NCBI GenBank assembly: GCA_963755715.1
Contig: CAVWLW010000011.1
Coordinates: 1-48,666 of the forward strand
DNA length: 48,666 nucleotides
Origin: an uncultured delta proteobacterium
GTDB taxonomy: Bacteria > Desulfobacterota > Binatia > UBA9968
Direction of reading: 5' to 3'
Within the stretch, counting starts at the first letter, position 1; the number at the start of each line of letters is the position of its first letter. Under the pieces are notes generated by a model. That model saw only the letters and a list, made by a program, of their open reading frames with translations. It searched no databases and was not told the origin of the DNA. This document shows, one piece after another, positions 1 to 7,437 of the stretch. Made by a program: the position numbers and the translations under genes.

Positions 1-1
1 A

Positions 2-130
2 AATGAATTTTCGGTTTACAATGGCTTCAGAATCCTCAGCGCCTATCGAACACGGAACAACACCAAGATCTGGGTGATCACCGAAGCGGACAGGTCCGTC
101 ACCACACTCCTTCTCCCCGACGAATACTAG
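2..130 (+). CDS. C-terminal part of a small conserved plasmid/ICE hypothetical protein (5' truncated by the window)
   Basis: Frame 2 reads ...RILSAYRTRNNTKIWVITEADRSVTTLLLPDEY*, the recognisable C-terminus of a small protein family common in plasmids and ICEs. Absent from the ORF track. Confidence 0.75.
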   Translation, partial: NEFSVYNGFRILSAYRTRNNTKIWVITEADRSVTTLLLPDEY

Positions 131-182
131 CGCGGCAAAAGCTCCCCATATTACGGAGAGGAATAGGCTCAGCACAAGGACA

Positions 183-812
183 ATGAAGGTGCGCCCGCAA
201 TCAAACGACGACGACTCCAACACGAACAATCAGACTCCATCCAATTTGGTTCCCGTCGAAGTCGACGGATTTCACGCTTTTTCAGACGCCTTTGCGCTGG
301 ATGGCCAGTGGGTCATCTTTCTCTCTATCGGCGGCCATAAAGATGCGGTCAAAGCCATCAGAGCCGGCCTTCTTACCAACCACTGGATCAATGTCGGAGA
401 TCACGAGGTATTCGTCCTGCCGAGGACCAAGTACGGGACGATCGTAAGAACCTTACCCCGCGGAATTACCCACGCAGCGGTTTTTATCAAAAATGACCTT
501 GCCTCATCGTCCGTTCGCTATGTCCTTGCCACTGAGACGAGCACTCTGGCGGCGGATCTCTACTTTGCTGCTCTGACAAAGCACAGCGCCGTTCCGGTCC
601 ATGCAACATGGAAAACGTGGCTGCATAAAAGAGCCGTCCAGAAAAAAGAATTGGAAGCCCTAACAACACACGGAATATGCGGGCTCAAGATTTCACCGGA
701 TGATGACAGGCTGGCCGAAGACATTTCGGCGGCGCTCAAGAAAGGAAAGCTGAGAAAGGCTTTCGATCAAGTCACTCTCTTGCCGTTTTCGAAGACAACC
801 GCACGTATCTAG
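183..812 (+). CDS. Hypothetical mobile-element protein
   Basis: 209-aa ORF with AAGGA upstream of the ATG, co-oriented with the MTase and helicase. No catalytic motif recognised. Confidence 0.7.
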   Translation: MKVRPQSNDDDSNTNNQTPSNLVPVEVDGFHAFSDAFALDGQWVIFLSIGGHKDAVKAIRAGLLTNHWINVGDHEVFVLPRTKYGTIVRTLPRGITHAAVFIKNDLASSSVRYVLATETSTLAADLYFAALTKHSAVPVHATWKTWLHKRAVQKKELEALTTHGICGLKISPDDDRLAEDISAALKKGKLRKAFDQVTLLPFSKTTARI

Positions 813-843
813 GCTGCTGTCTTCTCTCAACAGTTGAACATTC

Positions 844-1851
844 ATGCGACTTGAGGCTCAGGCCAAAGCCGGTTTCTATCCAACGCCGGCCGAGGTTGTG
901 GAAATAATCCAGACCTGGATTGGGGAGAGAGCGCCTGGTCTCCGGCGGCTTCTCGATCCTTGCTGCGGGACGGGAGAGCCGGCAGCCCAGATTGCAGCCG
1001 CCGCAGGAGGCGAGGCATACGGTGTCGAAATCAACACCGAAAGAGCGCGAGTGGCGAAAAAGCTCTTGAATAAAGTCGTTGCCAGCGACCTTTTCACCGT
1101 GAGGGCGCGCCCCGGCGCCTTTTCAATTTTGTACTTGAATCCCCCTTACGATTTCGACGCCAACGATGGCCGCTCCGAGCTCTCGTTTCTGAAACACGCC
1201 ATCCCTTATCTTAGTCCAGCAGGTCTTCTGTTTTTTCTCCTGCCGCAGGCACGAATCACAACTCGAATCGCCCGAGTTCTTTCCGCTTGCTTTCGGGATT
1301 TGAAAGTCAGAAGGTTTCCGGCCGAGGAGTTCCAGGCATTTGGGCAGATCGTCATTGCCGGGATTAAGAAGGCGCGCACCGAGATCGACAGCGAAACTTT
1401 TACCAGCTTGACTCAGATCCCAACCGGCGATCTGCCTGAAATGCGTCGAAAAGAATTCTCATTCACTATCCCGGCCGTCGGCAAGGACTTCTTCATCCGA
1501 TCATCTGAGTTCGGCCCCGATGAGCTGGCTGAAGAAATCAAGACGAGTTCCCTGTGGAGAGAGCCGGCGCTCGGTCTTGTCAGGGAAGAGCAAGAGATAA
1601 GAGCAGCTATTCAGCCGCTCATGCCGCCCCGCAAAGCCCATCTCGCAATGCTGATCGCGGCCGGACTGATCAATAATCAAATCCTGGAAGCGAACGGCCG
1701 CAAACTCCTCATCAAAGGCACTGCGAAAAAGGTGATCGATCGATCCGAGGAGGAGACCGAAAAAGGAATAAAGATCACGGAGCGGGAAAGAATTGTCACC
1801 CAGATAAACGCCTTCGATCTGAACACAGGCGAATATCTGCAGATCATATGA
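844..1851 (+). CDS. Class I SAM-dependent amino-DNA methyltransferase (DUF6094-like)
   Basis: N-terminal AKAGFYPTP, motif I LDPCCGTG and motif IV LYLNPPY. Overlaps the helicase start by 4 bp (ATGA). Confidence 0.85.
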   Translation: MRLEAQAKAGFYPTPAEVVEIIQTWIGERAPGLRRLLDPCCGTGEPAAQIAAAAGGEAYGVEINTERARVAKKLLNKVVASDLFTVRARPGAFSILYLNPPYDFDANDGRSELSFLKHAIPYLSPAGLLFFLLPQARITTRIARVLSACFRDLKVRRFPAEEFQAFGQIVIAGIKKARTEIDSETFTSLTQIPTGDLPEMRRKEFSFTIPAVGKDFFIRSSEFGPDELAEEIKTSSLWREPALGLVREEQEIRAAIQPLMPPRKAHLAMLIAAGLINNQILEANGRKLLIKGTAKKVIDRSEEETEKGIKITERERIVTQINAFDLNTGEYLQII

Positions 1852-3989
1852 ACATCCACGACTTCATCGAAGAATTCCGCTCCGTGATCGTTGCGACCGT
1901 CGGGCGAGACTCCAATCCCATCTACCATCCGGGGACAGACCGAAAAAAGATCTACCAGCTCATAAAGAGCCTCACCAGACGGCCCATCGCCAGCCAAATC
2001 GACGCGATCGGCGGTATCGTCCAAGCTTTCGGATCGCGCGACTCGGCGATTCTCGTGGGAGAGATGGGTCTAGGCAAAACCTACATCTCCATCGCTGCGG
2101 CGGTGGCTTTAGGACTGAAAAGGGTTCTCGTCGTCTGTCCGCCTCATCTCGTAAGCAAATGGCGCCGCGAAGTGAAACAAACCGTGCCCACGGCCACTGC
2201 GGTTGCCGCCGAGAGAATAGGCCAGCTCGAAAAAGCGCTGAGAGAAAACGAGCCGCCTCTCTTTGTGATTCTTTCTCGCGAGAAAGCGAAACTCGGTTAT
2301 TACTGGAAAGGATACGCGGCGCGCGCCAGAGACGGCGTCCTTGTCTGCCCTGAATGCAGGACACCCCTCATTGACAGGGACGGGTTACCCCTCACCGTGG
2401 ACGTCCTGAACCGAAAAAAGCACAAGTGCAAAGAGTGCCGGGAACCTTTGTGGGAAGCGGATCCACGAGGCCCTAGGCGCTTTCCCCTCGCGACTTACCT
2501 GAGGAACAAGTACCCCGGCCATTTTGATCTGCTCATCTCCGACGAGTGTCACGAATATAAAGGCGCAGCCACGGCCCAAGGCATCGCTCTCGATCATCTA
2601 GGAAAGGCGGCACGACAGATTCTCGCGCTCACCGGCACTCTTCTCGGCGGCTACAGCTCGAACCTTTTCTATCTCCTTTTCCGGATCTCGCCGGACATAC
2701 GGAAAGATTTTAAGTTTCGCGACATCAAGAGATGGATGGAGCTATACGGCGTCCTTGAGAAGATCACTTTCGTTTCGGCCAATGATGAAGGACGGGCGAG
2801 CTTGAAGAAGGCTCAGGAGGTGCGCTGGCACGAACGGCCGGGAATCTCCCCGGCACTCATCCCTGAACTGCTACCAAGGGCGATTTTCTTGAAACTCTCC
2901 GATCTGAATATCGCTCTGCCGCCCTACCGTGAGATCGCCCATTCGATCGACATGGAACCGGAACAGAGAGAAGCCTACCGCTCATTCCAGGACGATCTCC
3001 TCACCGAACTCAGAATGGCGCTAAACCAGGGCTCGAAGCGGCTTCTGGGTGTCTATCTCCAGGCATTGCTCGGATACTCCGACAGCCCGTGGGTCCAGGA
3101 AACCATCAAAGATAAAGAGAGCGGCAGAGTCTTGGCGGAATCGACTCCGCTTCCAGAGAACACGCTCTATCCCAAAGAGAAGGAACTGTTACGGATCTGC
3201 ACCGAAGCAAAGAGAGACAATAGAAAGACCGTGGTTTATTGCGTTCACACAGAGACCAGGGACATCACGGAAAGACTCAAGAAGATACTTGGCGATGCGG
3301 GACTTGCAGCCGACGTGCTTAAAGCCACAAAGGTAAAGGCCGCTGAGCGAGAGGAATGGATTCAGTCGTTCAGAGGCGATGTTTTGATAACCCATCCAAG
3401 GAACGTCCAGACCGGTCTCGATCTAATCCAGTTTCCCGAGGTCGTCTGGTACCAGCAGGACTATTCGGTTTACATCGTTCGACAGGCGTCCAGAAGATCG
3501 TGGAGAATCGGCCAGAAAGAACCCGTGAACGTTCACCACCTGTATTACAAAAGCACCATCCAGGAGAAAGCCATAACCCTGAACGTCAAGAAACTGCGCG
3601 CGGCGCTTTTAACGGAGGGGGAACTAACAGACGGACAATTTCTTGAACAAATCGAAGAAGATGGCCTAGTAGCGCTGGCAAAAACAATTATTGACCGCGC
3701 GGAAGAGAAAATCTCTCTCGAAAGCGAGCTTCGTAAGCTCAGGGGCGTCGAAGAGGAAACCGACATGATCCTTCCAGACAATGGCGAGCTGGAGGAATTT
3801 CACGAAGACGATTTCCCTGCGAAAGCAGACGAATCGATTCAAGAGACAGTCCGGAATGCACACGGCCACATTGAACCGATACGGGAAGCCGTCGTTCTGA
3901 CAGAATCCATGAGGGAATCGCCGGCGAAAAAAGACGAGGCTCGATCCCAACACCCAACTCAGCTGCTCTTGTTCGCCTACGTATCCTGA
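1848..3989 (+). CDS. SNF2/SF2-like helicase with zinc-ribbon insert
   Basis: Walker A GEMGLGKT, DECH box, LTGT, VQTGLDL and QASRRSWRIGQ; CPEC...CKEC insert. Confidence 0.88.
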   Translation: MNIHDFIEEFRSVIVATVGRDSNPIYHPGTDRKKIYQLIKSLTRRPIASQIDAIGGIVQAFGSRDSAILVGEMGLGKTYISIAAAVALGLKRVLVVCPPHLVSKWRREVKQTVPTATAVAAERIGQLEKALRENEPPLFVILSREKAKLGYYWKGYAARARDGVLVCPECRTPLIDRDGLPLTVDVLNRKKHKCKECREPLWEADPRGPRRFPLATYLRNKYPGHFDLLISDECHEYKGAATAQGIALDHLGKAARQILALTGTLLGGYSSNLFYLLFRISPDIRKDFKFRDIKRWMELYGVLEKITFVSANDEGRASLKKAQEVRWHERPGISPALIPELLPRAIFLKLSDLNIALPPYREIAHSIDMEPEQREAYRSFQDDLLTELRMALNQGSKRLLGVYLQALLGYSDSPWVQETIKDKESGRVLAESTPLPENTLYPKEKELLRICTEAKRDNRKTVVYCVHTETRDITERLKKILGDAGLAADVLKATKVKAAEREEWIQSFRGDVLITHPRNVQTGLDLIQFPEVVWYQQDYSVYIVRQASRRSWRIGQKEPVNVHHLYYKSTIQEKAITLNVKKLRAALLTEGELTDGQFLEQIEEDGLVALAKTIIDRAEEKISLESELRKLRGVEEETDMILPDNGELEEFHEDDFPAKADESIQETVRNAHGHIEPIREAVVLTESMRESPAKKDEARSQHPTQLLLFAYVS

Positions 3990-3992
3990 ACA

Positions 3993-4478
3993 TCATTTCC
4001 TCATTTTCGTCAGCACGAGCCGATACGATCGCCACACTTTTTCAATGTAATCCCGTTGCCGAAGGTTTTCGGGAGAATGGTAGAGACCGACACCCTTCCA
4101 CCAGCTTCCACTGGCGCGAATGCAGTGCTCAAGAATCGTTGCGCCGACCAAGACGTTTAATTGAGGATCGAGAAGCTCGGACTTGGAAAGACCGAACCGG
4201 TTTCCCCAGTAACTCCAATTGACCTGCATGAGGCCGATATCGACATTGTCGCCCGATCGTTTGAGTAGCCCCATGGCTTCGTAGATTGAGGACGGAAAGA
4301 AAGAACGTCCTGAAACGTTGAGCGCGTGGGGTTGAAAACCGCTTTCGACGTGGCTGATCGCAAGTAAGAGCTCAACGGGAATCCCGGTTGCCGCCGAGGC
4401 TCGCATGTACACATCCGGCGACAACCCCCAGCAGTCGGTTCGTATCAATAACAAAATCAAAACTAACACGAGTCTCAT
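3993..4478 (-). CDS. Lytic transglycosylase (SLT domain, VirB1/TrbN-like), secreted
   Basis: Hydrophobic signal peptide; AISHVESG (catalytic Glu), DIGLMQVN and GLYHS motifs. Confidence 0.88.
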   Translation of the reverse strand: MRLVLVLILLLIRTDCWGLSPDVYMRASAATGIPVELLLAISHVESGFQPHALNVSGRSFFPSSIYEAMGLLKRSGDNVDIGLMQVNWSYWGNRFGLSKSELLDPQLNVLVGATILEHCIRASGSWWKGVGLYHSPENLRQRDYIEKVWRSYRLVLTKMRK

Positions 4479-4579
4479 CTGTCGATTCTAGGGCAATGAG
4501 CGCTCAAGAAAGACCAGAAAATGGAACCAAATAATAACGGCTTAAGAACAATTTTCAAAAATCAGGAAGGAGAAACATT

Positions 4580-4866
4580 ATGATCAGTCAGGAAGAAGCG
4601 AAGGATTTCATCCGGCGTTACCGGGAGGTCGTCCTGGAAACGCCCTACGGAGAGGTTCACGTTTGCGGCAGCAAAGAGGTCTATGAGGAGCTTATCGGTC
4701 AGGGAAAACTCGCTTTTAGTCCGATTGAACTCCTCCATCTGCAAAAAGCCACGGAGAATGGCTCTCTTGAGACCATTGTGAAGATCAAGAGTCTGTTCCG
4801 GGGGCGAGAATCAAAGACATCATTCCGGTGGAGAAAAAACCGGAGACCACGCAGAAGCAGAGCTAA
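4580..4866 (+). CDS. Small hypothetical protein, probably frameshifted near 4798
   Basis: Strong SD (AGGAAGGAG) before ATG 4580. Restoring one base in 'ttccggggg' gives ...KSLFPGARIKDIIPVEKKPETTQKQS* ending at TAA 4864-4866, just before the next gene's SD. Confidence 0.6.
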
Positions 4867-4893
4867 TTTTGCTCGGCATCATCGGAGGCTTAT

Positions 4894-5460
4894 ATGGACA
4901 AACCCTTTCTTCAAACGCTGAATTTATACCGGAGCAAAAGCGCGCTTCAGATCAGTCCAAGTCCGGAACTGGCCCTTGTCTTTGTGAGTCTGGCGCCGGC
5001 AATCCCAGGCATGGAAAACAAGATGCCGGACAAAAACAGCAAGAAATATCAGTGGGAAAAAAAGCTCACCGCTAGTTTCAACTTTGAGGGAGCTTTGGAA
5101 GTCGCTGCGGCAGCGGCGGCACTCGCTCAAGGGAGAGAAGAACTGGTCTCCGATTCTGACGGAACTCTCCCATCCTGGTATAGGGACCCAACGAAGACCG
5201 GCCGCGATGGCAGTGCCAAGACTATCGGCTTTTATCGTCCAAAGGACCAACCGAAAACTCCAAAGGTTCGCTATTTCCTTGGAATCACCGAAAACGGCAA
5301 GGACAAACAGGGAAACAAGATCGGCATTTCTCTGGAGTATCCTGACCTCTTCAAAATCGCTCGCGTGATGGAGGAGGCTGCGCTGGCGATCCTGGGTTGG
5401 AGAAAAGACATCGAGGGACGAAGAGAACCAAACGGACACGGTCCCGCAACGAAAGGGTAA
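4894..5460 (+). CDS. Whirly-like putative ssDNA-binding protein
   Basis: SD GGAGG. Motifs YRSKSAL, VSLAPA, YQWEKK, YRDP and C-terminal ILGW occur in the same order as plant Whirly YKGKAAL, LQFAPA, YDWSRK, FHDP and LIGW. Confidence 0.65.
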   Translation: MDKPFLQTLNLYRSKSALQISPSPELALVFVSLAPAIPGMENKMPDKNSKKYQWEKKLTASFNFEGALEVAAAAAALAQGREELVSDSDGTLPSWYRDPTKTGRDGSAKTIGFYRPKDQPKTPKVRYFLGITENGKDKQGNKIGISLEYPDLFKIARVMEEAALAILGWRKDIEGRREPNGHGPATKG

Positions 5461-5486
5461 GACTGCAAACGCGGAAGCCTTTTAAA

Positions 5487-6242
5487 ATGTATTACATCAT
5501 CCACATAGCCACGGCTTTCCAAAGCTTCAAGGCCCAGCCGAGGAAGATCCAAGAACTCATTTGGGCAAGAACGCTGAACGATCTTCGAAAAAAAGACCCA
5601 ACTCACCCACTTTTATTCGCTACACTGGATCAATATCTCGCCAAAGAAGTTGCGGATCCGATCGCGCTGACTGGTCTTCTCAAAAAGAAAATGGCGCTGA
5701 CGCCGGAGTTCGGCCACATCATTGGCATCGGACGGGCGCTCGTGATGACTGGCTCAGAGCCAAAGCTCACTGTAGCTGTGGCCCGAATTATCGACGATGA
5801 AAAAGATCTCCTCGATAACTTCTGGCAGAGACTGAGAGGATTCACGAAAGACCGAGGCGTGCCGACCTTTGTAACGTGGAATGGTTTGAGCTTCACTTTC
5901 CCGTTCCTGATCGAGAGGTCCACTGCGCTGGGCGTCGAGCCTTCTTGCATCCTGCCGCGGGCGCGCTTTCAACCCTGGAAGCATCTCGATCTTTTCGCCG
6001 AACTCGCCGCCTATGATCCGCACCGGTATATGAGCCTTCAAAGCCGGCTAAGCCTCTGGCGATTGAGTCTCAACGGGAACGGCGGCGAGTGTCACTTCGG
6101 AGATCATGATCTATTGACCAGACAATGGCGTAAAGGAAATCCGAAGCCTCTCGAAGAAAACTTAACGCTCGTCCTTGAAGCCATCCAGCGGATACTAAAC
6201 CGCGTCGCCCCTTGTTTCCTTGAAGCAAGAAACGGCCACTGA
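5487..6242 (+). CDS. PolB-related 3'-5' exonuclease homolog (DNA_pol_B_exo2-like), apparently catalytically inactive
   Basis: Family motifs PEFGHIIGIG, DEKDLLDNFW, VTWNGLSFTFPFL and HLDL are present. Exo I DIET reads HIAT and Exo II FD reads FT. ATG 5487 is preferred over the overlapping 5397 start. Confidence 0.7.
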   Translation: MYYIIHIATAFQSFKAQPRKIQELIWARTLNDLRKKDPTHPLLFATLDQYLAKEVADPIALTGLLKKKMALTPEFGHIIGIGRALVMTGSEPKLTVAVARIIDDEKDLLDNFWQRLRGFTKDRGVPTFVTWNGLSFTFPFLIERSTALGVEPSCILPRARFQPWKHLDLFAELAAYDPHRYMSLQSRLSLWRLSLNGNGGECHFGDHDLLTRQWRKGNPKPLEENLTLVLEAIQRILNRVAPCFLEARNGH

Positions 6243-6247
6243 GATCA

Positions 6248-6928
6248 ATGCTCCCTGTAGCCACGAGTCTTAAAATCAAAAAGACCCCGTGGGCCATCTA
6301 TACGATCGTCGCCGGCAATGTCCTGGTTCATTTCCTTGTTAGCCGGCATACGAATTTTATTATTCCCGATGGAGTTGCTCGCACGTTCGGTTTCGATCCC
6401 CTTTCGTTTGGAAACCTTTCAGCCGTCCCGACTCTCATTGCATCGATGTTCCTCCACGGAGACCTACTTCACCTGTTTGGGAATATGGTTTTTCTATGGG
6501 TCTTCGGAAGGCGAGTGGAAAATCAGCTGGGGAGAATAAACTTCCTGGCTTTCTATTTAACCGCTGGCATCACCGCCTGCCTGACTCACATGCTCATGGT
6601 GCCCGACTCCGACGCGCCACTGGTTGGTGCCAGCGGAGCCATCAGTGGCGTCTTGGGAGCATTCTTCGTCTGTAATCCCAGTGCGCGCATAACCTTGGTT
6701 CTCGACCCTACCCTCATTTATTTTCTGCACCGGCTCACGATCCGCCTTCCAGCCTGGTTCTTCTTGCCCATGTGGTTTTTTCTGCAGATTTCCCTTGGTC
6801 TCAAACAGCACGCTTCAAATGTGGCCTTCTGGGCTCACGCGGGAGGATTTCTTGTTGGAGTCCTCGTGGCCGTTGCAGTTCAGCAATACACTTCCGATGC
6901 TCACTGCCCGCCTAAATGGCGCAGATGA
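6248..6928 (+). CDS. Rhomboid family intramembrane serine protease
   Basis: FLHGDLLHLFGNM, catalytic GASG, WAHAGG; several TM helices. Confidence 0.92.
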   Translation: MLPVATSLKIKKTPWAIYTIVAGNVLVHFLVSRHTNFIIPDGVARTFGFDPLSFGNLSAVPTLIASMFLHGDLLHLFGNMVFLWVFGRRVENQLGRINFLAFYLTAGITACLTHMLMVPDSDAPLVGASGAISGVLGAFFVCNPSARITLVLDPTLIYFLHRLTIRLPAWFFLPMWFFLQISLGLKQHASNVAFWAHAGGFLVGVLVAVAVQQYTSDAHCPPKWRR

Positions 6929-6936
6929 ACCGCGAG

Positions 6937-7078
6937 TTTGTCTCCGATTCCGTATCCCCACAGGGGCATTCCCTAAAGTAAGATCTGAAACGTGATCGCC
7001 CGTTTGACGAAAACGAGAGATTTTCCCGCTGACGGGAGAGTCGGCGATTACAATTGGGAGACTACAAATCAAGGGAAT
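6937..7078 (+). ncRNA. Candidate structured cis-regulatory RNA upstream of xis-int
   Basis: Nested stems with G-U pairs: 6940-6949/7052-7062, 6993-7000/7043-7050, 7001-7005/7011-7015 and 7019-7028/7033-7042. ATTCCCT (6968-6974) is complementary to AGGGAAT (7072-7078) before the xis start. Confidence 0.4.
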
Positions 7079-7086
7079 AAACCAAT

Positions 7087-7437
7087 TTGGATGCCGAGCT
7101 ACAGGTCTTTTTGACCCCTCAAGAAGTCGCGGATGCTCTACGCCTATCCGTGAGAACCATTACTGGAGGACTCTGCCGAAAGACCCTCCCATGGATCAAG
7201 GTGGGGGGGAGTCTGCGCATGAGAAAGGAAGATCTTCTAACCCATTTGAGAAGTAACGAAAATGAGCTCGTTCTGGAGAAAAGACCGAAAGTGCTGGGCT
7301 TACGAATTCCAATACAAGAAGCAACCCTACCGCGGCTCGGGATTTCAAACGAAGAAAGCAGCGGCCCGCGCAGAAGCAGACGCGCGCGAGCTATTGAGAA
7401 GTGGGAAATTCAGAACAGCGATTCCGACGTTTCGTGA
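7087..7437 (+). CDS. xis: Excisionase-like helix-turn-helix protein (HTH_17)
   Basis: FLTPQEVADALRLSVRTI...LPWIKVGGSLR winged-helix pattern, TTG start, overlapping the integrase 5' end. Confidence 0.8.
   Translation: MDAELQVFLTPQEVADALRLSVRTITGGLCRKTLPWIKVGGSLRMRKEDLLTHLRSNENELVLEKRPKVLGLRIPIQEATLPRLGISNEESSGPRRSRRARAIEKWEIQNSDSDVS

Noticed and set aside
5397-5486. N-terminal extension of the exonuclease homolog
   Set aside because: It overlaps the Whirly-like gene and is low-complexity basic sequence. The fold begins at ATG 5487.
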